Assembly (NCBI GenBank): GCA_951406725.2
Contig: OX597832.1
Location: forward strand, 20,460,001-20,524,000
Length of the DNA: 64,000 nucleotides
Source: Octopus vulgaris
Lineage: Eukaryota
Direction: 5' to 3'
Below, piece after piece: positions 27,514-43,048 of the stretch (position 1 is the stretch's first letter; the number at the start of each line of letters is the position of its first letter). The notes under the pieces were generated by a model. It ran no database searches. It saw only the letters and a program-made list of their open reading frames with translations, and was not told the origin of the DNA. Position numbers and translations under genes: made by a program.

Positions 27514-28543
27514 TATTTGAGTGTACATATTTATGAGTGTGTATCTTTGTAGCGACACGCACCCATCTTCTCATTGTGAACCCTTATAACAGGAACTTTT
27601 GTGCGATAACTCCATTCTATTTTTCTCTGTATCTCTCTCTCTTGCTCTCTCTTCCTGCCTTCCATTAATTCTCTCTCTCTCTCCCTCTCTCTCTTTCCCG
27701 TCCCTCCCCACCAGCGTGTAACCTGTGATCATTCCAATATTTTTCTTTGCTTGACCGCTGACTTGTACAGTGACTCTTCTTCTCCCAGTACCTCGCTTCT
27801 TCCTTCACATTCAACACTGGGTATCTTGTTACATTTCGAACATTAGAGTAAAGGAACATCAACATAAAATGTGCCATGGCAAAGTAAAGCGAGAACGTTC
27901 ACTGGTTTGCTTTTTTTCACCTTTCGCTACCTTTCGAAAATTAGAGTAAAGGAACATCAACGTAAAAATGCACAATGGCAAAGAAATAATGTTTGGTGGC
28001 AAGGAGAAATCTGAAATAATAGATTACTTGTTTGACAAAAACAACAAGATGACGATCACCATGACGACGATGACAGCAGAAATATATTCTTTTGATGCAC
28101 AATAACCAGGTACCATTGTTTGCATTTATTCTTCCGCACAAGAAAGTTTGGATACAGAACATTTTCCTTAAAGAACCAAAGCATGCAGCGTCGGGTACCA
28201 GCCTGCTTCCAACTAAGCAAGAATTATTTGGAAGAAAGAACCACACACATGCAACATTGAATTTCCCAGACGGCTGCGTTGGCAAATACTTTACGTGAAA
28301 TCTCCCTTATTGAGAGAAAGACGGCATATGGCAATTTATATATCACTTTCAAATATAAGTACGGGATACGTATATACGCCTATATATTCTGGTCCAAGGC
28401 CTCACGTTATATTATGGTTACACAAAATTTGAGAAGAAACCTCATAGTGTTACACTTTGGTGCATTTATTAGAGTACGAGTAGGTAGCGCTAGGCAATGA
28501 TATGTATAAATACAAGGTTGTTACCAGTTCCAATATACTTGAA

Positions 28544-28812
28544 GGCGGCGAGAAGGCAGAATCGTTAGCACGCCGGGCAAAATGCGTAGCAGAATTTTGT
28601 CTGCCGTTACGTTCTGAGTTCAAATTCCGCCGAGGTCGACTTTGCTTTTCATCCGGTCGGGGTCGATAAATTTAGTAAGAGTTAGCCTACTGGGGTCGAT
28701 GACATCGAATTAATCCGTTTGTCTGTCCTTGTTTGTCCCTTATGTGTTTAGCTCCTTGTGAGTAGTGAAGAAATAGTTATTTCGTCTGCTGCTACGTTAT
28801 GAGTTCAAATTT
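28544..28812 (+). mobile_element. SINE family B
   Basis: ggcggcgagaaggcagaatcgttagcacgccgggc...gtcgactttgc...ggggtcgat. Confidence 0.88.
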
Positions 28813-28913
28813 GGATTGGGAAATCCCAGAGGATTTTGCTAGTCTCCGATTCCGCTAGTCTATGCGGTTTGTGCTCATACCACGTCTTGCCTCTCTTTTC
28901 GCTACCCGGTTAT

Positions 28914-29105
28914 CTTCTTCTTCTTCTTCTTCTTCTTCTTCTTCTTCTTCTTCTTCTTCTTCTTCTTCTTCTTCTTCTTCTTTTTCTTCTTTATCCTTCC
29001 TCTTCTTTTTCTTCTTCTTCTTGTTTTTCTTCTTCTTCCTCTTCTTCTTCTCCTTCTTCTTCTTCTTCTTCTTCCTTCTTCTTTTTCTTCTTCATCTTCT
29101 TCTGC

Positions 29106-29200
<95 letters not shown>

Positions 29201-29271
29201 GTATCATTATTATTAATATTATTATTATTATTATTATTATTATTACTACTACTACTACTACTACTACTACT
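28914..29271. repeat. Compound (CTT)n-(ATT)n-(ACT)n microsatellite
   Basis: Direct reading. Confidence 0.95.
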
Positions 29272-29505
29272 AAAGCTGCGATCTGGAAGAATCACTTGCA
29301 CGCGGCATAAAGAGCTTAGCGGCATTTCTTTAGGCTTTACGTTCGGAATTCAAAAGCAGCCGAGGTTTTCCTTGTCGTGCATCCTTCCCTGTTCGATAAA
29401 ATAAGTACTAGCAGAGCACTGGGGTATACGCAATTCACGATGCTCTCCCTTCCAACTTCGGTAATTGGACCTACAATACAGAAGACTACAAATGATTACC
29501 ATTTC

Positions 29506-29562
<57 letters not shown>

Positions 29563-29924
29563 GAGTCCATTGAATTAACTTTAAGCTTTTATTAATATAT
29601 ACTTGAGCACTACTAAAATAGTAGTATGTCCTTGAGAAGAAAGCGGATAGAATAAGAAAGCCGATAAAATAAGAAAGCGTCGGCGGAGAGGTAGAGGTGC
29701 ATTAGAATTATAGAGAGGAGAAGGAGGAGTAAGGAGTTATAGGGCGTAATGAGAAGTAAATGAAATACAGATACTTGAAGACGGGAACAGATTTTTAAGA
29801 AACCACAAACACGCCTTTTGCGGTCATGATTCTAGAATCAAAAGATGGATTTATAGCAAGCAGCACAATCCCTATTCTGATTGTCATAAGGATGTGGAAG
29901 ACACACACAGACACACACGCACAA

Positions 29925-30235
29925 TCTTTTATATATAAAACTGTAGTTGTGTGTGTGTCTGTCCCCTTCGATTTAGATTCATAACTACTCCCACATTTTG
30001 CGGTGCAGTTTAACCAAAAGCGGGTATCTTATAGTCGTGATTCATATCGATCGAGCCCTTCTGGGTATTAGCGCGCGTCTACGATGAGTCTACGATTTAA
30101 AAAAAAAATTACCATCATTTTTCCCCATTTTTAATCCATTTTTCGCTCGGTTTTATATAGAGGAAGTAACTCTCTAAAAATGCTTATATAGTTATTTCCC
30201 TTACAAACCCGAGCAACGCCGGGCGATACTGCTAG
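29925..30235 (+). mobile_element. Non-autonomous Helitron
   Basis: 5' TC(ttttatatataaaa), 3' hairpin cccgagcaacgccggg about 8 nt before the terminal CTAG, inserted between A and T with no TSD. Confidence 0.8.
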
Positions 30236-30257
30236 TTATATATATAATCTTTTAGGC

Positions 30258-30661
30258 TTTTACTTGTTTCAGTCATTGTGGTCGTGCTGGAGCACCACTT
30301 TTAGTCGAACAAATCGACCCCAGGACTTATTCTTTGTAAGCATAGTTCTTTTTCGCGTAGTTCTTATTCTATCGATCACTTTTTCCGAACCGCTAATTTA
30401 CGGGGATGTAAACACACCAGCATCAGTTGTCAACCGATGTTATGGGAACAAACACAGACACACAAACGTATGCACAAACATACATAGATATACATATATA
30501 TATATACATATATACGACGGGCTTCTTTCAGTTTCCGTCTACCAAATCCACTCACAAGGTTTTGTTCGGCCCGAGGATATAGTAGAAGACACGCAGTGGG
30601 ACTGAACCCGGAACCATGGGGTTGGTAAGCAAGCTACTTACCACACAGCCACTCCTACGCC
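30258..30661 (-). mobile_element. SINE family A
   Basis: Reverse complement match to family A. Confidence 0.9.
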
Positions 30662-31062
30662 ATATATAACGTGCGTATATATATGCATATATAGAAGAGG
30701 TGATGAACACGAAGCGAATTACACAGGCACACAAACATGCAGTCACTCGCCGCTAGCTAATATGTACATATGTATATACATACATATATCTATATATATA
30801 TATATATATAATGTGTGTGTGTGTCCCCATTAATACAGTATATATTAATATGTACGCGTGTACACATACGTAAGTATAGACGCGCGCGCACACATACACA
30901 CACACGCACTGAAATGAATTTTATCTTAAGAATGTATCCTGAAAATAGTAAAATTTTCGGTAAAAAATATGTCTCTATAATCATAATCATATATACATAT
31001 ATATACATATTTACATGTGTTTATATATATATGTATGTGTATATATATGCGCGTTTATGTGA

Positions 31063-31128
<66 letters not shown>

Positions 31129-31307
31129 GTGTACGTATGTATGTATGTATACGTATCTAAGTATTGTAAGAATGACAGTTACCATTATTGTTTGGTAAAG
31201 TCAATGGCGATCGTCATAATAATAGTGTCAAAATATATTTTTTCGTTACTGCTGACGACAACAAAGTTTATTGTGCCTGTTGTGACAAGAATTCGGAGGA
31301 ACACAGT

Positions 31308-31363
31308 AATAATAATAATAAAAGTAATAATAATAATAAATAATAATAATAATAATAATAATG

Positions 31364-31412
<49 letters not shown>

Positions 31413-31835
31413 TAATAATAATAATGATAATAATAATAATAATAACAATAATAATAATAAATAATGATAACTAATAATAATAATAATAATAATAATAAGG
31501 AAGAAGAAGAAGAAGTCGAAGAAGAAGTAGAAGAAGAAGAAGAAGAAGAAGAAGAAGAAGAAGAAGAAGAAGAAGAAGAAGAAGAAGAAGAAGAAGAAAA
31601 AGAAGAGGGGGAAGAAGAAGAAGAAGAAGAAGAAGAGGGGGAAGAAGAAGAAGAAGAAGAAGAAGAAGAAGAAGAAGAAGAAGAAGAAGAAGAAGAACAG
31701 TAGAAGTAGAAGTAGAAGAAGAAGAAGAAAAAGAAGAAGAAGAACAGTAGAAGTAGAAGTAGAAGAAGAAGAAGAAAAAGAAGAAGAAGAAGAAGAAGAA
31801 GAAGATGATTATTATTATTTATAATAATAATAATA
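31308..31835. repeat. (AAT)n followed by (GAA)n microsatellite
   Basis: Direct reading; explains the poly-N and poly-E ORFs. Confidence 0.95.
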
Positions 31836-32039
31836 ATTTGTTGTCAATGTTGTTGCTGTTGGTGGTGGTTGTGGGAGTGGAACCCGGTTGTTGGTGTTGA
31901 TGTTTGTGTTGGTAGTAGAGCTGGTTGTTAATTTCCTTGTAGTTCTCACCTGCTGGTTCGTTAAAAGAGGACAATGGCAATAATTAGAATTATGCTTAAG
32001 ACACTGATGACTCTGAGTGATGACAAGGAGGGGCGACGC

Positions 32040-35330
<3,291 letters not shown>

Positions 35331-36209
35331 TGCAATGTTAGTAGAGCGAGATATGTGGGTAAAGATGGGTTTGGCGGGGTGTTGATGATGCTGCTTGGGT
35401 TGGTTTGGGTCGGTTTGATTAGGTTTGGACTGGGTAAACGGGTGTTGAGGTGGAACGTGTGTGTGTATGTATGTGTTCATGAGTGTCACTGTGTGTGTGT
35501 GTGTGTGCGGAAAGGAGGATGAGTGGAAGAAGCGTCAATATGGACGCCCTGGTTAAGAAATCCACGAACGAAGGATATGTCTCGAAGGAAAAAATAACGC
35601 AAACGGCCGAGAAAACGAATGTATATATAGAAGATGTTGGGAAGGAGTGTATTGAAATATGCGAATAAAAGGTATATACCCTTCGCTGCATGTATAGATG
35701 AGACACAGAGAGTGTCTATGTGCATTTTTGTATTCTAAGTGCGTTTGTTTGAGAGTTTGTATGTGTTTTTGCGAGTGTATCTGCGTGTGTGCTTGTGTGA
35801 TCGTGTGTAAGATTGCTTCTCTACATGTGATTTGATTGATGAATGCGTATCTATGTATTAATAGGTATAAACATATAAAGAGATGCGTGTGAGGATGTGC
35901 ACATCTTTTCTTTTGTAAAGTTACAGGCATACACAAATATATATATACGTTTACGAATATATATATTGTCAGCCACATATGATGTTTCTATATCTATTTT
36001 GGTTTATTCAAAAGTGATGATAAGTTTACGTCTATGAAGAGAAACAAAATATAACGTGCCTTCTCACGCATCTTTCACTCCATGTATGTAAGTATGCGTA
36101 TCTTATATATGTATATATGTGTGTGTGTATGCATACATATATATATACATACATATATATATACAGATACACATATATATATACATACATATAGATATAT
36201 GATAAATCG

Positions 36210-36392
36210 GTAGCCATTACATACATTTTTTTCTCTCCTTGTTTCTCTCGTTTCTTTCTATGTCCCTTTCTGTAGAAGAGCGTAGGCTCGAAACGTAAAA
36301 GACTTTTTCAATTCCTGAGCGTTATACTAATACATCTTTTTGTTTTCTACACCACCTGTCTTCGTCATTTGTTTTCTTCGTGAATTCTCCCT
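36210..36392 (+). mobile_element. Repeat family E with minimal hammerhead-like motif, abutting (TA)n
   Basis: cttt CTGTAGA a GAGC gtag GCTC GAAA CGTA aaag at 36266-36301; matches 43046-43210 (-) and 55605-55768 (+). Confidence 0.7.
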
Positions 36393-36399
36393 ATATATG

Positions 36400-36486
<87 letters not shown>

Positions 36487-37149
36487 TTAAGAATAAGATT
36501 GTTATTTAAAATACCGAACATATCAAGTGGCTAGCAGGAGAATAAAAATTTTATTGGTAATAACAATTTTTAGAATTATAATTAAGGGTATCTAAAAGAT
36601 ACCATCATGCTAGAGATAGCAGTCAAAACTTGACTAAAACCGCACCAAGTATTCATACAGCACGAGGAGAAAAGACAAAGAGACAAAATAAACTAGCAAA
36701 AAGTTATTGGATTATTCCAGATTTAGATTTCTAGCTCTGTATAAAAATATATATTGCAAACATCCGACCATTTATATCTTACGAGAAGGGAATTTTCCCA
36801 AAACCGAAATTGAGTATGTCATACAGTAATTACATTCATTAAAATGTGAAACCCCCGCAACATGTGCTCTACTGCTCCGATACCCAACATAAGAATACAG
36901 TTCGCATTACACACATAACACTCAATGCTAACACTAACACAACATGAGCTTTATATCGTATCCCACAACAGAACATACTCCTATTACGAGAAAAAGAAGT
37001 GGATGGGAGAACTGTTGCCAGAAGAAACCGAAGGAGAACTAAACAGAAAATCCAGAAGTAGAACAGGCAAACAATATGGATGAGAAAGTTCACGTCAAAG
37101 ATAAACCTACCCAAAAACAGAATAGCACCACAAATCTGGAATGAATAGA

Positions 37150-37990
37150 TGACACCATCGTCTTAATTCAGGAAGATGAGAGGATTTTAGACGAGTTGAA
37201 GGACGTAATGAGTAAAGAAAATAGAACAACATAACTCTCATTAAAAGGTGTTAATAGAAAGAATTTGCTAGGTATTACTAGGTAAATTGATTGTGTTATT
37301 ATCACGATAGGCACTAAAACTATAGGTGGTACGAATTTGGTAGCTCTGATAGACTAGGTATTCTTCAAGGAAAAATAAGAAGGAGCAGATGTGGAAATAG
37401 AGGTTTGAAAATAAAGCAAAGTCATTCAGGCAAGAACTGAATAGAATTGAACAAGACAAGTGAGGAAACGCAAGACATAAAACTTCACTTGAGAAAAAAT
37501 TCTTAGTCAATGAAAAAGGATTTGTTATAGACATGTAAAGCTGGAACAGCGTATTATAGCAATTGCAGATAAGCTTTCTAGATATCAGAAAAGAATACAT
37601 CAGTAACTAGATTGTGTTAAATAGACCAGAGGAGATTTTATCACCAAATAAATAATTAGAAGGAAAATCTGAAGATGAGAAACCTAACAGAGAATAACCT
37701 GGAGTAATTTTGGGAGAAACCAATTATATACCGGAGAAGAAAGCAGCTGAAGAAGTATTTAGTGAGAATCCGCCAACTCTAAAATTAACAGGTGCATTAA
37801 GAAGTAAAGTGTTAAGAAGAATGCAGAATTGGAACTGCTTAGGACCAGACTTAGTCCAAAGGTACTATTTAAAGCAATTTAGTAGCTTGCATGAGAACTG
37901 AAAGAAGAACTTCAGGGTAGCCTGAATGCAAGCTCCATTCCTTATTGGATGATTAGACGAAGAACAGTGTTCCTTATGAAAGTCATAAGC
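37150..37990 (+). pseudogene. Decayed R4/Dong-clade non-LTR retrotransposon ORF fragment (region upstream of and entering RT)
   Basis: Frameshifted pieces KKEQMWK*RFENK, LEQRIIAIADKLSRYQKRIHQ, DQRRFYHQIN, RRMQNWNCLGPDLVQRYYLKQFSSLHE, IPYWMIRRRTVFLMK match the NWKAPGPD..QGFWLK...LH...P.W...GRT.L..K pattern (recalled). Confidence 0.7.
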
Positions 37991-37994
37991 AAGG

Positions 37995-38130
37995 GTACTT
38001 ATTTCATCGACCCAGAAAGGGCGAAAGGTCCAGTTGAATACGGCAGAATTTGAACTCGAAGCGAGAAGACGGACGAAATGCCGGAAGCATTTCACCCAGC
38101 GTGCTAACGATTCTGCCAGCTCAGTGCCTT
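37995..38130 (-). mobile_element. SINE family B, diverged 5' part
   Basis: gaatttgaactc...gacgaaatg...gcgtgctaacgattctgccagctc. Confidence 0.75.
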
Positions 38131-38169
38131 AACGATAGTGATAACAACAACAACAACAACAACAGCAAA

Positions 38170-38206
<37 letters not shown>

Positions 38207-38300
38207 TAATAACAACAACAATAAGTGAACTTATTTCTTGTCTCTTCAGGTCTTTGAAGTTATTGTAAATTTGTTCAAATACAGATCAAAAGCCAAAAAC

Positions 38301-38404
<104 letters not shown>

Positions 38405-38458
38405 TATTATTATTATTAATATTATTATTATTATTACTATTATTATTATTATTGTTAA

Positions 38459-38848
38459 GGCGGCGAGCTGGCAGAAACGTTAGCACGCCGGGCGAAATGC
38501 TTAGTGGTATTTCGTCTGCGTTACGTTGTGTGTTCAAATTCCGCCGAGGTCGACTTTGCCTTTCATCCTTTCGGGGTCGATAAATTAAGTACCAGTTACG
38601 CACTGGGGTCGATGTAATCGACTTAATACCTATGTCTGTCCTTGTTTGTCCGCTCTGTGTTTAGCCCCTTGTGGGTAATAAAGAAATAGGTATTTCGTCT
38701 GTCTTTACGTTCTCAGTTCAAATTCTGCGGAGGTCGAATTTGCCTTTTATCTTCGATAAATCAAGTGCCAGAGAGACACTGGGGTCGATGCAATCGACTT
38801 CTTCTCGCCCCGCCAAAATTGAGACCGATGTGGAAAAATTTGAAACCA
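38459..38848 (+). mobile_element. SINE family B, full dimeric form
   Basis: Head + body + tail1, then a second body (tatttcgtct...gttcaaatt...ggggtcgat) + tail2; another decayed copy follows at 38913-39030. Confidence 0.9.
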
Positions 38849-39824
38849 TTATTATTATTAGTAGTAGTAGTAGTAGTAGCAGCAGCAGCAGCAATATTTT
38901 TAAAATATTATTAAGACGGTGAGCTAGCTGAATCGTTAGCAAGCTAAACAGAATTTCTGCGGCTCTTCGCCCATCGCTACGTTCTGCGTTCAAATTTCGC
39001 CGAGGTTTACCTTGCCTTTTATCCTTTTGAATACCAGGGAAACACTCAAGTCCCCACCCTAAAAAATATTTAAGGATTTGCGCCTTTAGTAGAAAGTATT
39101 ATTGATATTATAATTCTTGATGTTGTTATGGTGGTGATGGTGGTGGTGGTGGTGGTGGTGGTGGTGGTGGTGGAACTGCCGCTGCTACTGCAGGGGTGTT
39201 TGTTAGTTGTTGTTGTTGTTGTCGTCGTCGTCGTCATAGTCGTTTTTGCTGTTGTTAATGTTATTACAGAGCAGTTCAATTAGAAAGGAATTCGGTTGGC
39301 TGATAGATAAATTTGATCGATATTTTAAGGGACTGCGAATCATGAAGTTATCTTATAACTAATTGTATTACCTGCAAATCTCTTTAGCATGCATTATATT
39401 CTTCATGCCCTAAAGAACGTTGGAATTATTGAAAATAGCGCATCGTGTGTTGCGAAGACAATATAGATAATTATAATTTAACGGATACATATGATTAGCA
39501 AAACTCAATCAGGAAATGCACAATTTTTGGGAATTGCTTTGTGTATATTTCGCTATTTTTTAAAATGCATCTCAACACCGTTTCATCACGAGGCATGCAA
39601 TATTGTCATGCCATTAATTTGTGTGCATAGTTATATGTGTGTGTATGCAAGAATGCATATGCATGGCGCATATGAAATTATATGTAATTATGTACTTATG
39701 TACGTATACATGCATGATTTGCAATGCATTTAAAATCAAATATATGTCTATGTATGTATACTTGAATTCGTATTAGGTATCGTATTGTATCCAACTGCAT
39801 ATATATATATATATATATATATAT

Positions 39825-40611
39825 AGGCGTAGGAGTGGTTGTGTGGTAAGTAGGCGTAGGAGTGGCTGTGTAGTAAGTTACGTGTAGGAGTGGCTGTGTG
39901 GTAAGTAACTTGCTTACGAATCACATGGTACAGGGTTTAGTCCCATTGCGTGGCACAGTGTACAAGTGTCTTCTACTATAGCCTCGGGCCGACGAAACCC
40001 TTGTGAGTGGATTTGGTTGACGGAAACTTAAAGAAGCCCATCGTATACATATATGTATGTGTATGTATACGTTTGTGTGTCTGTATTTGTCACCCCAACA
40101 TTTGACCCTGTTTTTATATGTATACTTCTACCCTTAAGGGGCTTTATTTTACTGGAAAGTACTACATTTGTATTGCAATATTATTTTTCATTGAAAACTT
40201 TCTCACTGTTCTCGTTCTGTTAACAGCTAGGCGTTTAGGCGAGTATACTGGCATTGAAGTGGCAACATTTGAAATATTGTCCAGGTAAATGCAGCTGATG
40301 GAGACTGATCAAATTTAGGTTGTCAAACGTAGTTGAAGAGTCAGAAACCGGTCCTGCATTATCCGATTCTGGGTTGTCCATCTATCGAATGTTCTTCCTA
40401 GAGGTAAGACAAAGTTTTCATGTTTGATGCACACACACGTCATTGCCAGTATATACGCAGTGAAGTTTTACAACAGCGTCGTATTTGTACCGATTGCTAT
40501 TTTCCTGTAAATATTGGTACCTTGTTGTACAACTCATCTGTTTTTATATGTATGCTTCTACCTTACGGGGCTTTATTTTACTGGAAAGTAATACATTTGT
40601 ATTACAATATT

Positions 40612-40642
<31 letters not shown>

Positions 40643-40830
40643 TATTTGTGTGTCTGTGTTTTCCCACCAACATCGCTTGACAACCGATATTGGTGTTTTT
40701 ACAAAACTTAGCGGTTCAACAAAATAGACCGATAGAGTAAGTACTACACTTACAAAGAATAAGTTCTGGGGTCGATTTGCTCGACTAAAGGCGGTGCAAC
40801 AACATGGCCGAAATCAAATGACTGAAACGA
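39825..40830 (+). mobile_element. SINE family A with triplicated head, interrupted by an insertion at ~40102-40644
   Basis: Three 27-28 bp head copies at 39825-39907; 5' half ends ...ccccaacat (40101), 3' half resumes at 40645. Confidence 0.85.
40110..40615 (+). mobile_element. Direct-repeat-bounded element (period ~430 bp) with a variant hammerhead motif
   Basis: ~75-bp direct repeats at 40110 and 40539; aatgcag CTGATGGA gact...agtc a GAAA CCGG TC ctgcatt at 40288-40360. Confidence 0.6.
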
Positions 40831-41169
40831 AAGAATAGAACAACAGATTTCTATCAGTCTATTCCTTTCTTCCATTTTGTATCTCAGTTCAAGTATCTCT
40901 CTTCCTAAATCACTCTCTCCCTCACAATCAAAAGCTTCCTTGTTTTAGTGTCACTTTAAATTACTTCAAATAGATTATTCGTATGTTTAATAATTATTCT
41001 TGTATATATAACTTGAGAATATATTTCTTAAAGATACTTACTATTTAAACGTGTTCTTCTACTTCAAAATTTTTTTATAAATTTAGTTTCATCTACTTTT
41101 AGTTTTTATATTTCTATTTTATTCTAATATATCTATCTATCTATCTATCTACCTCTCTCTCTCTCTCTA

Positions 41170-41242
<73 letters not shown>

Positions 41243-41778
41243 ACCTATCTATCTATCTATCTATCAATACGCATATATATATATATATAATTATAATAAA
41301 GGGTTAAATGCAACAAGTTGCTCAAAACCACATACCGAAAATATTAGAAATAGCAGCCAAAATTGGTCAGTATTTCCTCTACTAGTAAAAAGTCTCCACA
41401 AACAAACAGAATTTGTAAGCTGTATATGGCAAAAAAAGGCAGAAAATAACGAAAACCCAGCCTCTGGATTAATTATAGACGACTCGTTTCTGGATTAGAA
41501 CCGAAGGTTCATTTCCTTGTCAATATAATATTTCCTATAGATCTAGAAATGCTAGGGGAAAAAACTTACCCGTTACACCAGTACGATCTGCTACATCGGA
41601 CGGCTTAACGGAACTGCTAGCATTCGTACATCTATACCGACATGCGAATTCATATTTCCCTCCAAAATCTACCACGTGAGCCACAAAAACATTACCAACG
41701 AAACGAAAAATTCGGAGATAACTTGTAAGGGAGCAAAAGTATTCAATATTCAATAAATATTCATATATTCCACCCTTT

Positions 41779-41823
<45 letters not shown>

Positions 41824-42390
41824 GAAATAATAAAATAACTAAGTCTCTCTAAAAGAGAACAGCGGTAGCGTTCCCGGAAAATAATAGTTATCGCATCTAA
41901 TATGGCATTCTTATAAATAAGAAAAACTGCCATCGCCTTAAGTTAGCTAATATGGCATTCTTATGACCGGCAAAAATAAAAAAAAAGCTGTCCGCTTATT
42001 AGCTCCATGAGGCCATCGCCTTAAGTTAGCTATTTGATACACAAACTGTATCCATATAACCTTCGAACAAGGGAGGTCAGTCGCTCCACACTACTTGACC
42101 GGCAGCTATGGATGACCTCCCTTGTTCGAAGGTTATATGGATACAGTTTGTATCAAATAGCTAACTTAAGGCGATGGCCTCATGGAGCTAATAAGCGGAC
42201 AGCTTTTTTCTTATTTTTATAAGAATGCCATATTAGTATGGCGATAACTATTATTTTCCGGGAACGCTGCCGCTGTTCTCTTTTAGAGAGACTTAGTTAT
42301 TTTAATATTTCTATTATTGAAAACAAGTGGATGTATTCCACCGAAACTAGGTAAATAAAACCATCGAACAGAGATTGTCGGAAGCGACAC

Positions 42391-42461
42391 CTACTGGCTG
42401 GCTACGCTGCATTGAAAAGGGGCAATACCCCGAAACGCGTCTGTAGCTGCCGGTCAAGTAG
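42391..42461 (+). ncRNA. Type I hammerhead ribozyme, U3-A8 core variant (copy 1)
   Basis: tggctggc-tac-gctgca TTGAAAA GGGG caata CCCC GAAA CGCG TC^ tgtagc-t-gccggtca; predicted cleavage after 42441. Confidence 0.8.
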
Positions 42462-42752
42462 TGTGGAGCGACTGACCTCCCTTGTTCGAAGGTTATATGG
42501 ATACAGTTTGTGTATCAAATAGCTAACTTAAGGCGATGGCCTCATGGAGCTAATAAGCGGACAGCTTTTTTCTTATTTTTATAAGAATGCCATATTAGTA
42601 TGGCGATAACTATTATTTTCCGGGAACGCTGCCGCTGTTCTCTTTTAGAGAGACTTAGTTATTTTAATATTTCTATTATTGAAAACAAGTGGATGTATTC
42701 CACCGAAACTAGGTAAATAAAACCATCGAACAGAGATTGTCGGAAGCGACAC

Positions 42753-42823
42753 CTACTGGCTGGCTACGCTGCATTGAAAAGGGGCAATACCCCGAAACGC
42801 GTCTGTAGCTGCCGGTCAAGTAG
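42753..42823 (+). ncRNA. Type I hammerhead ribozyme, U3-A8 core variant (copy 2)
   Basis: Identical to copy 1, 362 nt downstream; predicted cleavage after 42803. Confidence 0.8.
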
Positions 42824-42972
42824 TGTGGAGCGACTGACCTCCCTTGTTCGAAGGTTATATGGATACAGTTTGTGTATCAAATAGCTAACTTAAGGCGATG
42901 GCCTCATGGAGCTAATAAGCGGACAGCTTTTTTCTTATTTTTATAAGAATGCCATATTAGTATGGCGATAAC

Positions 42973-43045
<73 letters not shown>

Positions 43046-43048
<3 letters not shown>

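Larger units (their letters stand above)
41819..42978 (+). mobile_element. Retrozyme / non-autonomous Penelope-like array: inverted arm plus ~2.4 tandem 362-bp units, in (TA)n
   Basis: 42113-42978 repeats with period 362 (near identical); 41819-42108 is the reverse complement of the unit; two HHRs; TA tracts on both sides; no ORF. Confidence 0.85.

Noticed and set aside
27941-28500. Non-repetitive ORFs, possibly a LINE tail
   Set aside because: No motif identified with confidence
42113-42978. CRISPR-like array
   Set aside because: Whole 362-bp units repeat with no unique spacers; eukaryotic context, no cas genes
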